A DNA stretch of 64,000 bases from Lama guanicoe (Eukaryota): NCBI GenBank assembly GCA_013239625.1, contig MU053513.1, forward strand, positions 1,042,927 to 1,106,926, given 5' to 3'. The notes under the pieces were generated by a model. The model did not search any database and was not told where the DNA came from. It saw only the letters and a program-made list of their open reading frames with translations. Position numbers and translations under genes: made by a program. Positions 1-11,414 of the stretch are shown here, one piece after another (within the stretch, counting starts at the first letter, position 1; every line of letters starts with the position of its first letter).

Positions 1-317
1 AATTCATAAGTTGTGATCCTAATGCCCAATGTGATGATGTTTGGAGATACGGCCTTTGAGAGGTGATTAAGTCATGAGGGTGGAACCCTCCTAAATGAGA
101 TAAGTGGCCTTATAAAAGGCCTCATTAAACTCTTACCCCTTTGGCCATCTGGGGACACAGCAAGAAGACTATGAACCAGGAAATGTGCCCTCAGTAGACA
201 CTGCTTATCTTAATCTTGAACTTCCCAACCTCCAAAACCATAAGAAATAAATTTCTGCTGCTTATAAACCACCCAGTCTGTGGTATTCTATTACTGCAGC
301 CTGAATTGGCTAAGACA
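1..317 (+). mobile_element. MaLR LTR (MLT1A/B-like), 5'-truncated by the window edge
   Basis: MLT1 motifs 'cccaatgtgatgatgtttggagat..ggcctttg', 'agaaataaatttctgctg', terminus 'ctaagaca'; similar to the copy at 22950-23360. Confidence 0.9.
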
Positions 318-344
318 TGGTAAAATGTTTCATTTTACCTATCA

Positions 345-500
345 ATTGAAAGGTTTTAAGTGGGAGTACAGTATTAGATCCTCACTTAGAAAAACTCTCG
401 TTTCAGTGTAAGACAAACATTTGCGGAAGGCAAGCTCATTGGCAGGGAGATCAGTTAAATAAACGCAACTATAGGTAAGAGAGATGGTGTTTGGTTAGAA
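345..500 (-). mobile_element. L2 LINE fragment (degenerate)
   Basis: 'ggttttaagtgggagtacagtattagatcctcacttagaaaaactctc' resembles antisense L2. Confidence 0.45.
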
Positions 501-510
501 GGTTAGTGAA

Positions 511-975
511 TGTTGTCAGATGGCCAAGCAGTTCCTGACAAGCAGCCTGGTGGCAGCTGCTAGGCTGGCTCGTCACATTGCCGTAGGTTCAGTCAGCAAA
601 AGACAATGAACCTAAATAGATTCAGATAGTTTATTACTTACACAAAGTAAAGCAGAAGTGAGAACAGCATGGTTTCAGCTCCCTCTGAGTGTAATCCCAC
701 AGAATGACAGGAATTGAGGGGCCAGATGATAACACAATTAGTACATCACTCTGCTGGGGAGGAGCCCCTAGATGTTGGGGTCAGGCAGGTCCCGCACCTC
801 ACCACCAACAGGAAGGTAAGTGAGAAGTTGCTTCGTGGTAGCCTCCCTCTAGACAGAGAGCCTCCCACAAGGTAGAAAGGTGGGTGGAAATAGTCTTGTG
901 ACCGTTCCTCACAAGACTGCCTATCTTGCTATATTATAGGGAGGATCACAAGGCATTCACTAAGACTTGGTCAGA
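511..975 (-). mobile_element. Old LTR-like element, family uncertain
   Basis: Begins TGT; 'tttattactta' is a reverse AATAAA; GC content higher than the flanks. Confidence 0.4.
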
Positions 976-984
976 CTAAAAATG

Positions 985-1325
985 AAAAAAAAAATCCAAT
1001 CATAAATGTGCAAAAGGCATGACAGAAATTTCACTGAAGAGGACGTACAGATCGCAAATAAACACAAAAAGTGCTCAACATCATTAGTCATTAGAAAAAT
1101 ACAAATTAAAGCCACAATGTGATAGACTACACACCTATTAGAATTGCTAAAATGTTTTTAAAGAAGCAACTTATTCGACATGCATAACGATTATAAGTGT
1201 GTATTTACCTGGTTATGATTTTAAAATAAATAAAGCAGAATTTTACAGAACTAAAGTAAAATAAAGTTATAATTATAGTTGAAGATTTTAACACCTCTCC
1301 TTCCTCAGTAATTGATAGAATATAT
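985..1325 (+). mobile_element. Old L1 ORF2 fragments (C-terminal piece, then an endonuclease piece)
   Basis: 'tgctcaacatcattagtcattagaaaaatacaaattaaagccacaatg' and 'aattatagttgaagattttaacacctctc' match L1 ORF2. Confidence 0.75.
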
Positions 1326-1399
1326 ATAAAAGTATATATAAATACATGTAATTTATAAATTTATATAAATATAAAAATTATAAGTATAGAACTTAACAG

Positions 1400-1503
1400 T
1401 TCTTGCTCAAATTTCTCTTTTGGCTAGTCCTAACCAGAAACATAAAGGGAAGGGACTTTCGGAAAATGTTGTTGAGCTTAGTCAAGGTGACACATTACAA
1501 AAC
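1400..1503 (-). mobile_element. MLT1 (J/K-like) LTR fragment
   Basis: 'ctaaccagaaacataaagggaagggactttcggaaaatgtt..gtcaaggtgacacatta' resembles an old MLT1 end. Confidence 0.5.
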
Positions 1504-1505
1504 CC

Positions 1506-1859
1506 TGTGTTATTGAGATGGCTGTTTAGAGCAGCAGTCAGTTTGGGGGAGCATCCTCCTGGAAGCTGTATAAAGTTCATGTCAGGTCAGAACATCTTTG
1601 GGGAGAAAGGAAGAAGAATTTACTCCCTGGATCTCACCAGACGTTGGTTGAATATTTGCCTCTCAGATAAACCTGTAGCCTCCATTTTAACTGGCTCCAA
1701 AATACATGATGGGGCTTCCCATTTTGTGAGAATACGGTGATCTTGATTCTTCCCACAAAGAGGTGATGCAAGTTTAATAAATTAGAGTTTCCTTCCAGGT
1801 AGAAGCCAGCCACACTCTGAAAAATCTTAATTTCCAGAGGATTAGTGAAACTTGCTACA
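1506..1859 (-). mobile_element. Probable 3' LTR of the adjacent ERVL relic
   Basis: TG...CA termini; on the minus strand it is preceded by the PPT-like 'ggtggggct' and lies downstream of the ERVL dUTPase. Confidence 0.45.
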
Positions 1860-2019
1860 AGCCCCACCGTCGCCACTGACCTTGAGTCTTAACTGAGTCG
1901 CCATCTCCCTCCTCCGCCTCCCACTCTTTCAGCCAAGCTGGTCTTGGACACCTGGCCTAGTAGGATGATATAGACCTTTAGTCCAGAGGCATAACTAAAA
2001 GGCCCTTAGTTATGCTATC

Positions 2020-2510
2020 TTTGTTGGGTTATCACTGCTGAAACTGTCCACTTGCCACCATCATTGGGAATGAAAGTGCCAAGATGCTTGTGGACCCGTA
2101 TACACTCACCCTACCCGCATTGTGTAGCAGTATCCCAACATTTTTAAAGTAATCAGAGTTGATTACTTGCACCAGGATTTATTTTTCTACCCTTCGGACT
2201 GTTGACATAAAGAGCTCAAAGTGGCCAAGTGGTAGCTGCAACTTCAAGTTCTATGGGCACATTGACCTTTATTATGTCTCCAAAAGAAATGTTCTCTCCC
2301 TGAAAACACAAATTCTGTAAGCGGAACACTTAAAGTGATGGCAAGGGGGTCCAATCATACTTCTGGTTCTTGATTTCCAAACTCGTGCATTTTAACTATT
2401 GAAACTCTTTACCATATGGAGGTCTTGTACTGCATCCTAAAGGACAGCTGCCCCTCCTCATATGACATTGACCCCAAGTTGGAATAGTAGCTAAAGTTTC
2501 AATGGATATT
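2020..2510 (-). mobile_element. ERVL internal region relic: integrase C-terminus plus dUTPase (disrupted)
   Basis: Manual minus-strand translation gives QLGVNVI*GGAAVL*DAV, IVKMHEFGNQEPEV*LDPLAIT and P*NLKLQLPLGHFELFM...VINSDYFKNVGILLHNAG. These match the ERVL motifs HGSRNQGVEVEVAPLTIT, KLRLPPGHFGLL and VIDPDYQGEIGLLLHNGG. Confidence 0.8.
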
Positions 2511-2602
2511 CGACTGCTCTGGGTGTTTTTGTTGTCTAGTAGGGCCTTTAAGGTTCTCTCACTTCGTGCTCATCAGTTCCATAAAACATGGTGTCATTGA
2601 AA

Positions 2603-3035
2603 TGTTACGGAAATGACAGGCCAGCCAAGAAACAAGCACCACTCGGAGGGTTGGAGTACTCAGATTTATTACACCGGCGGGCTCAGAGGGGCTTCTGCTC
2701 CAAAGCTCTGAGCACCTCCAAGACGTGTGCATGAGGTTTGGTTTNNNNNNNNNNNNNNNNNNNNNNNNNNNNNNNNNNNNNNNNNNNNNNNNNNNNNNNN
2801 NNNNNNNNNNNNNNNNNNNNNNNNNNNNNNNNNNNNNNNNNNNNNNNNNNNNNNNNNNNNNNNNNNNNNNNNNNNNNNNNNNNNNNNNNNNNNNNNNNNN
2901 NNNNNNNNNNNNNNNNNNNNNNNNNNNNNNNNNNNNNNNNNNNNNNGGTTAGCCCAACTCGGATCAGTAATCCAACACTTGTTACACTTAGATTTGTGAG
3001 TTAGCTTGTTAGCCCAGCTGGGCTTTTCCTTCACA
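2603..3035 (-). mobile_element. Younger LTR (gap-interrupted) inserted in the ERVL relic
   Basis: Starts TGTTACGG, has a reverse polyA signal 'tttatt', retains CpGs and ends ...ttcaca; no TSD found; gap 2745-2946 lies inside. Confidence 0.6.
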
Positions 3036-3039
3036 CATA

Positions 3040-3300
3040 GAGAATACTCAGGGAACTTTTCCAGAAAAATAAAGGCAGTTGAAGTCTCTGAAGACTATTC
3101 CATGTTAGAGACCAAGACTGTTCACGTGATTCTAGAGGCCAGACAGCTGCTGTGGTTGATGAGATCCACTGATGAAGGTTATGCTCCTCTTCTGACTAGA
3201 AAAGGCTGCATCCAGTTTTCTTAAGGATGTCAACTGTCAGAATGATCTTGCCCACCCTTCTCCTGCATCAGTTTGTTCCAAACCATGCCTGGAGTGACGA
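3040..3300 (-). mobile_element. Probable ERVL reverse-transcriptase fragment (very degenerate)
   Basis: Minus-strand translation fragments (..TAAV..EQ..W..AFIF) resemble the ERVL RT N-terminus; position upstream of IN is consistent. Confidence 0.4.
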
Positions 3301-3869
3301 GAAACTGTCACCTTTAACTCCCCTCTTTATCTGAAGGTCCTCCACTTTCTTAGGTCTCAAGAAGATATGAAACAAAAACGAGGTTTACTTGGCTTAATCC
3401 AACTCTATATTTCTGTATGATGTATCAATTATTTAGTAGAAAAATGGAGTTTCAAGCTGACAGACATAGAAAATAAGGGTTTAATCAGAGTAACATCAGT
3501 AGACCCAGCACACATGATCTGTCAAGTTGCCTTTGCTGTTGTAAGTGGAAGGAACAGTTTACAGGTGAGCACAAAAAGATTCGAAGTAGCCCATAATCCT
3601 GTGCCAAGGAATCACCACTTTGTTATGAGGTTTTTATCTCTTGGTCACAAAATGATCTTCTGTTAAATGCAAGTACTTTTTTTTTTAATTTCTTCGACAT
3701 AAATAGTTGTGAATTTACCGCGCACTGGCCTGGACTAGGTGCTGAAGCTCAAAGAGTATCTTAACTGTCAGCCTTCACATGTGTGGCTACCTGTGGATAT
3801 CTACACTGAAGTTTTAAGAATCGAGTCTTGTAGATACAATAATATTTATAAATATTCTCCATTATTTCC

Positions 3870-4035
3870 CATACTCTGCCCCTAACTGGCTGTATGACTT
3901 TGAGCAAGTTAATGAACATTCCTAGACTCATTATCTTCCATAAAAGGAGCTTTAAAAAGTACCTCTAATATAGGCTTCTGAGACAGTTTAACATACAGCA
4001 GTGTAACTGGCACGTGATGTTAGCATTTTCACCCC
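3870..4035 (+). mobile_element. MIR SINE
   Basis: Core 'ctctgcccctaactggctgtatgactttgagcaagttaatgaac'. Confidence 0.75.
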
Positions 4036-4669
4036 ATTAATAAGGTTGTTTATGCTACTGTCATCCTGGCAAATAACACTTCATCTGGCTTACATAGTCA
4101 CATTTGTGTGGCAAGATTTGGGAGTCCATTGATATCACTGGCTATAGTGACAGCCATTTTTCTTCTTTTGATTTTCTCTGTAAAGTATATTTATTATATT
4201 AAAACCTTGGCCTCATGTAGTTTATTAAATACAAACTAAAAAAGGGTAAAGATGTGCGACTCTAAACTAAAAATGCATTTCTCATTTCTTTCTACTCAGG
4301 GTTCCCATATATATGCAACCCACAAGTGTGGGAACCTTAGAGCCCCACGGGACAATCCTTTGACAGATAAACTACAGGCGCTTGAGTTGAATGACGAAAA
4401 CAAATAGAACATAAATGATCTAAGCATTCTTAGGGTGAGTTTATGTTTGAAAGTTCTTTTGCCTTTTTTTAAAGTGGAACAAAGCAGCAGTGTGTACATT
4501 GGCATAAGAAGTGAAGTAACCGAGATTCCTTAGGTTATTGGCAATACTATGTATTTTTAAAGTACGTAATGTTTAAAAGTTGACATTTTTTATTTCAAGT
4601 TATTTTGAATTCTGTTGATTTTAGAATCTTTAGAATCTTCATGAATTGTCATTGAGATTTGTTTCTGAG

Positions 4670-4880
4670 TTAGAAAACAAGCTGAGTTTCAGTTATGTCC
4701 CTACAATGTATTGTCTATTTGACCCTTAGTTTTTCCAATCTTGGTTTACATTTCTTCATCTGAAATGGACGGTAATTGTACCTTCTTTACGGATTTTTTT
4801 ATGATCATTAAATAATATATGCAAAGCACTCAGTAGTGTGTGCAGTCATAGGAAATACTCCATAAATGGTAGTTTTAATT
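4670..4880 (+). mobile_element. MIR SINE
   Basis: 'tttcttcatctgaaatggacggtaattgtacct' and tail 'atatgcaaagcactcag..ataaatggtagtt'. Confidence 0.7.
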
Positions 4881-5167
4881 TACTGGAGGACGCAAACTTT
4901 GATTTATGAATCCTATGAATTTTCATGTATACATAGAGAGAATAAAGAACAGAAGCCATGTGTTATCTTAATTTATGTCAACATTAATTGCAATTTCCTA
5001 AGAAATATATATTTAATTAGATAAACTAAATAATATATATTTAATTAAAAAATAAACATGTCATTTATTTTCAGACCCAAATTGTGTCGTCTAATGGAAA
5101 TTATGTAAGATTCGGAGTTGGAGACCTCCATCCTTGTGTCTGAACTAATGCCTGCTTGCTGAGAGAA

Positions 5168-5208
5168 TTTGCCCAAGCAACTCCTTTTGCCCAAGCAACT
5201 CCTTTTGT
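5168..5208. repeat. 18-bp tandem duplication
   Basis: tttgcccaagcaactcct x2 plus a partial copy. Confidence 0.9.
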
Positions 5209-5294
5209 CCCTCAGTTTCTTCATCTTTTCAGTAGAGACAGTGATCAGTGCTTTCATTTTTATCTCTTTGCCATTTATTAACTGAGTAAACTTA

Positions 5295-5470
5295 ATCATA
5301 GAGCTTAACTTCTCTGTGCCTCAGTCTCAACATCTGTGAATTGGGGTAATAATTGTATTCATCATCATGTTATTGAAAGAATTCATTAGACAGAACAGTT
5401 GAACTCTTGGCACAGTGTCTGGAGGAAAGCGGGTATTGCATGTGAGCCATTGTGGTTTTTTTTATTACCT
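5295..5470 (+). mobile_element. MIR SINE
   Basis: 'cttaacttctctgtgcctcagtctcaacatctgtgaattggggtaataat'. Confidence 0.8.
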
Positions 5471-7099
5471 ATTACACCCCCCAGGATTTCTGTGAGAATC
5501 AAATGTAGTTTGTAGGCTAGAAAGCATCTAAACAAATTTTGTTCCTATTTCAATGACACCTAGATCTCAATAATCTTTTGCTGGAATATTAAACAATCTA
5601 AATTTACATTAAAACCACTTTTGGAATAAAAGTATAATTTCCTTATTTTTTATACATAGTATAGCCTTTAGTTTCCAATTCATACTAATAATTGTAGCAT
5701 CAGAAAACTGTGACTGGAAATTTGTTTAAAAATGTATACATTACAGGTATATTTAATATTCAGAAAAAATGGAAATAATTTGGCTAAAGCAAATAGATAC
5801 TTGCTTTCCTTGCAACTGTAAAACTATACTGACTTTTAAAAGATTCATATTTATTATAGTTAAGTTTCAAAATAATCATTTGGCTGAATATTTCTTTTTA
5901 AAGTAAATTTAGAGTATTCACAGTAAACTTCACTTTAAAGTAAGGTGATCTGTTTTATTTCTTCTTGTTCTTCTCTTGCTCTTCTGAGTAAACGTAAAAT
6001 TGTTACAGTTTCCTGAGAAGTGCATGACAGATAACACATTAGAAAGACTGTTGGGTTTAGGAACATTTATAAACATAAAACCTTCAGCATCTTATATGAA
6101 AAACTAATAATAGATCTTTAGGAAATTCTTCATGGTAATAAAAATAATGAAATAAGAAACTCTTCTGATATGCTTCTTAAAGTAGAGACTATCAATTAAT
6201 GGAAGACAGAACTGACAAAATGGATGTATTACAAAAAATAAATGGCATTGCAATGTAGTGGAAAAGTGATTCTTTTTAATCTTAATTGCAGTATTTTCTA
6301 CTTTTTGGGGGTGTCCACAGAACCAAAAATTATATTAGAGTAAATACTATTTTATCTCTATTAATTATTATAGCTCATTATATTAGAATATATGATATAT
6401 AATGTTTTCATTATTGAATCTAAAGTATAATGTATGTAGGCATTTTAATATAAGTACGGTTTTCACATTTGCATGTGCTCTTCAGGGAAACAAAAGCACA
6501 TCCATTATTTAAATCCATACCTCATATTTCATTAAATAGAACTGAACATGCTTGTAATTCTGAAGTTGTATTTTATTTTTGAGAACTTAACTTCCAGAAA
6601 GGGACAATTTATGGTTGTAAATATGAAAAGATATTTCTAGTGGACTGCCTCAATAGTATTTGGAAAAGATGGGATGTAAATGAAAAGCAAAGTAGAAATC
6701 ACTAGCACAGATCTAAAAGCCAGTCTTATTGGGGTGAGAAAACGCATTCAATTTGAAAACTGAAATTACCTTCCTGTACAACTTCTTCAAGCTTTGGAGA
6801 AATAATTAAGTTTCATCATACGTTTTGCTAACTCATGCAGACTGTAACTAAGACTGTTTTTTATTTATTTATTATTTTTCCAATGCAATAGCCTAAATTC
6901 TATTTCACACTTTTGCCAGGTAATTCTCAGCTCAAGCCAACCTTGGGCTTGAGGGATTTCTTCTGCTTTGTGCTCAGGGAGACAGCAGAGCATAATTTTG
7001 AATGCACAGCAGTTCGTTGCAAGATCCATTCAGTTGTACAAAAACCATGTAACCTCCGATTATTTAATCAACGCATTTCACAAGCAGAAAACAAACACA

Positions 7100-8130
7100 C
7101 ACAAAAGCAAATAGTTTAGTGCTGCTTGATACTTAACATAATTAATATAGTTTTCTGGTTTTGCATTTCCAAGGATTGATACTACATATATATATTCAAC
7201 AAAGAACAATGATATTCTTATCGCATACTGATACCGATGTGTCCCATCTCGCATTTGCATACGTCTTCACTCACAATTCTGTACTGCGGAGAAATATATG
7301 AAAATAGCCCCCTCAGTTTTTGCACCACGAAAGCATTACTTGACTCCGGGAGATATGGAGGATCACAGAGTACTGGTGCCTTATGAACAGAATGTTTCGT
7401 GTCTCTATCTGCTCCTGTATCTGTATACAACTACAAGAATAGATCCTTCACTAAATCTTTAAAGAAATGTGTCCAGAGCTCAGGGTTCAATATTTTTCTA
7501 TCATCCATAAGTCCTTGATGTGAAATAGGTCAGAGTTCCAATCAAGACCGGATCTTTAGAGATTACCTCTTGGGTTAATGTTCGCCTTCACTTGAACTGC
7601 TTTTTCTTCTTCTCTTACATCATCACTATAAGATGAAGTGAAATTGTTCAGTGAGTGCATAAACAAAGTACTCAGTTAGAACCTTAAAGACCACTTGAAA
7701 TTCCCTTCCCCCTTATTGGGGCCAGAAGGATCTACATGGGCAGCAGTTTGGTGGATACTCAGGGTTCTCAGGAAAAATTGTGTCAATGCTGCTGTACCAC
7801 TCTGCAACCTCCAACTTTTATTTTATCGTTTTCCAACAGTATTGTCTTCTTCCTGACAATGCTTCACTTATAAATATCAGTTAATTACTAAATCTTCTAT
7901 TTCCTGGTAGCAGTAGGGAGTCTGGTTGATTTCAGAGATAGGTTGAGGTGAAGTATCTGCTGAAATAATGGAATGTTGCAGTATTCCATATGGGAATGTC
8001 AGTTGTAGCCACAAGGGTTGCATGTATTTCTTGTTTTTCTTCAAAAATTTCATGTAAATTGGACAGTTTCCCACCAATCTCTCTGCTAAAGTACCACAAT
8101 CAGCAATTTCGAGTTCCTATTGGTTTTCTC
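7100..8130 (-). pseudogene. Decayed coding-like sequence, possibly a PARP/ADP-ribosyltransferase-like relic; identity unproven
   Basis: No repeat recognised; CpGs locally retained at 7221-7400; frame-shifted translation gives IEK/ILNPELW..LF(H)GTS..IYFS..IYVV..PENYINY. Confidence 0.3.
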
Positions 8131-8714
8131 AAAAGAACATATTAATAATAATTTCCTCACCTGCTTATAATTCTATAAATTAGTCTGGAAAGATCTGTTA
8201 CAGTAAGCTTTATTTAAATATATTTTAAAATCTTTGTATGTGTCATTCCAGAACTCTTTCTACAACTATATAAATTCACACCTTATTATTCACATAACTA
8301 GAGTCTTAAAAAACTAAGTTAATAGAGAATCCATTTTTCACTTATTGTATTTGAAGACATTAGTAGAGTTTACGGATTTTAGAAAGTACAATATGCATGT
8401 GGTCAGGAAATTAAAAATCTAAAAAAAGATCTCAGATTAAAAGGACAAGACTTTTTACCTCATATCAATTCCAGATTTTTTTCCAAAAGACAGCTACAGG
8501 TAGTTACTGTATGCCTCTCCAGATAAAGTAAAATGTTAATCTTCCATATACATACACGTCTTTGTTTATCCATGTGTATATCCATGTAATTATATTTTTA
8601 ACAAATTTTATGAAATAGCTCACTCATGTACATTGTTCTATTCCTTAATTTTTTATATACTAACATTCTTTAGAGAGATGTCGTTCCAGCAAATGCACCA
8701 CTTCTATCGCATTA

Positions 8715-9755
8715 TCTACGCCCTTTTATGGTTCGCATCAATGGGCTGCCTTACCCTTTTGGGTTTAGGTTGGATTTGGCCAATAGGGAACATGGAGAGG
8801 AAATCAGAGGGAGGAAGGAGAGTGAAAGGGAGGTATTTAATCTCCCAGACTCTCTGTGCATGGCTGCTTCAGCCTGGCTTTGCCTCTATGCTGAAGGTTG
8901 TGGGTTCGTCACCAGTTGTGGGTTCTGGCCAGCAGAAGTCCCACCGAAACGGAATGAATTACTCAAGACTCTGTGGAAAAGTCAAGAGAGCGAGAGGGAG
9001 TGGGGAGCCAACTCCAGGAGCCTCTCAAATCTCCCATATTTATTAAGTACAGTCAAAGTAGGAATGCAGAAGTTTAGGGAAGGACAGGGTGGAATCACAG
9101 TGAGTACAAAGGCTTTGTTTGTTGTTGGTGTTTGGCTCAAGGTCAGAAGACCCTTTCTGGTGAATCATGTTCATGCTGAGCCTTTCAGCTCATCAGGGCG
9201 GAACGTATGAGAATCAGCTGCTTAACAACTTGGACTCAGGCTGCTGTGCCTGTCTTAGGTTGCCCCCCTCTGGGGATCTTATCCGTACTTGGCTAACCAG
9301 CCTTCTCACCTCTGAGTCTGCAGCTTTTTTATAAGTTGTTTACCATTCCAGCCCAAGGCTGTTTTGGGGATAGAAGACTAAGAGCAGACACACCCAGCAT
9401 TTATAGCTGGGGGCCTGGGTCATTGCTAAAACCTCCAGGCAGTTACTAAGCACATCTTCTTTAAGGAGATAAGCAGCTGGGATCTGTTACAATTTGTTAA
9501 CCCAATCATGGGCTCCCACAGAAGGTCACAGCTCCTGACAGGTAGTCCTCTGTCTCCAGGTTCCAATAAGAGTTTCCTTCCCTCATTCCTTCAGGCTTAG
9601 GTATGTTACTGGCCTCTGTTGTCCTTAATCCCACAGGCTGGCTCTGTTCCCACTACACCTTGAAGTTTCTTTTTCACCTTGACCACATCTTTGTAAACAG
9701 ACCCTTGATCATTTTCAAAAGTCACAAATTTGAATAAGTCATTTGTTTTTCTGTT
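8715..9755 (+). mobile_element. LTR33-like ERVL LTR, split by an insertion at 8899-9520
   Basis: 'gcatcaatgggctgccttacc..ttggatttggccaatagggaa..gagggaggaaggagagtga..ggtattta'; resumes at 9521 with 'gaaggtcacagctcctgacagg'. Confidence 0.75.
8899..9520 (-). mobile_element. Solo LTR, ERVK/class II-type (622 bp)
   Basis: Termini TGTGGG...CCCACA; perfect 6-bp TSD GAAGGT (8893-8898 / 9521-9526); minus-strand TATA near 9330 and AATAAA near 9040. Confidence 0.9.
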
Positions 9756-9759
9756 GCGC

Positions 9760-10865
9760 TATATTCTACAAAGTAAGAATTTGGTTTTTATATGGATGGC
9801 CATGGAGCCTCTAGAGAATTTTGAGTATTTAGGTACTCAATTTTTAACAGCTGTACGGAGAATAAATGATAGAGAGACAAGGTTGGTAGCAGAGAAAGTA
9901 TCTAGGACGGTATTACAACAGTCCAGATAAGGGATGATGGGGGCTTATATAAAATGGTAGCAGTAGACGTAGGGAAGTGCTTGAACACTAGATACATTTT
10001 GAACAAGTCTGATAGGATCTGATGGATTGATTTTAGGATCTGAGAGAGAAAGAACTCCCCCCCAAAAAAAAACAAAAACTTCAGTGTTTTTGTCTGAGCA
10101 ACTAGAAGGATGGAGGTACCTTTTACTAAAATAAAGAGCAGTAGGTTGTAGGAGAAAATCAAGAATTTGTATTTGGAAAAATTCAAATTGCAGTTATCAG
10201 CTAGGCAGCCTGCTAGAGAAATAGAAATCTGGGCTTCTAAGAAGAAAATATGTGAATCATCAATACAGAGATGGTATTTGCTGTAAAAGACAGGATAAGA
10301 CTGATAACATTGTGTACAAAGAGGGAGAGAACTAAGTCTTGGGACAATGACGTTTGGGGGCAAAGATTGGAGGAAAAGTAAAATCTGGGAAAGAACAAAA
10401 AGTCAGAAGTCAATGGAGTGAGAGAATAATCAACAGATTTTAATAAGCTATGTAAAGAAAGTGCTTTGAGAGAGAGAATGATGATGGATTTTGTCAGATG
10501 CTGCTTAGAAGGCAAATTAGAATGGACCGATGAATTGGGTTGAAAAGAATCATCACTGGACTTGACAAAAAACTGTTGTTACTGAAATACTTAACTACGA
10601 AATGGAAGAAGTAGAAATATAGACAGAAAACGTAAATAGTTCTTTCAAGGGATTCGCATCAAGATCGGCAAGATCAAAAGGGAACAGAAATAGGAAATTG
10701 GATAGTGGCTGAAGGAAGATACATACTTGACGTTAGAAGAATGTGAAATTTTTCCTGTGCATTTTTCTACTCTGTTTTTGAAATAAAAAGCAAGATTTTC
10801 AGCTGAGAGTAAAGAGGAGGAGTGTTGAAGTTTTGCAGACAGAGAAGAATGTACATAAGAGTTAT
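9760..10865 (-). mobile_element. L2 LINE
   Basis: Antisense L2 motifs 'ggccatggagcctctagagaattttgag', 'tttgtctgagcaactagaaggatggagg', 'ttttgtcagatgctgc'. Confidence 0.8.
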
Positions 10866-10871
10866 CTAAGA

Positions 10872-11092
10872 CAGAGGTCAGCAAACTTTTGTCACAAAGA
10901 GCCAGGTATTAAATATTTTAGGCTCTATGAAGCATACAGTGTCTATCACAGCCCCTCAAATTCTGTTTTCCAGTGCAAAAGTAGTCATAGACAACACATA
11001 GCAAATAAGCATGTCCATGTTTCAATACAGTTCTACTTACAATTGCAGGCAGAGCTGTATTTGTCTCCCAGGAGATAGTTTACTGATCCCCA
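10872..11092 (+). mobile_element. MER58A-like hAT-Charlie MITE
   Basis: 'cagaggtcagcaaacttt..gagccaggtattaaatattttaggct' ... 'tagtttactgatcccca'; degenerate 8-bp TSD atctaaga/gtctagga. Confidence 0.85.
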
Positions 11093-11414
11093 GTCTAGGA
11101 GAGTGAAAAAAAAGTGAATGGACTAGAGAAATACAGTAGAGTTTCCAGGAAGCCCTCAGGGCTGATTTGAGGGTATAATCATAAATACAGAGTGGAACAC
11201 AGTACGCACCCAAAACTACTTTGTTGTTTGTGTCTGTATTTTCAAAACTACTTTTTGAATAAATGAATGAGTTGCATCTGTATTCAGCGCTTTATCTTCC
11301 AGAGGAATCCCAATATTTGTGTGCTCCAACTAATTACACTGTCTTACGGGAAACATAATAATCCTTTAAAGACTTTTCACAGGAAGTCAATTTGGAGATT
11401 GAAAAAAAAATTAA

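Noticed and set aside
2669..3034. ORFs spanning the first gap
   Set aside because: N-run artefacts within an LTR
7100..7850. Endogenous mononegavirus L (methyltransferase) or Gypsy integrase reading
   Set aside because: Only short by-eye resemblances (GEG, GLFSYISPQYRIV, YTDTG..PYLPES) with inconsistent frames and spacing; kept only as alternatives pending a search
8633..9210. 137-aa and 160-aa ORFs
   Set aside because: They cross the LTR33/solo-LTR junction and show no protein-family features
9902..10515. 153-aa and 92-aa ORFs
   Set aside because: Lie within a decayed L2; not host genes
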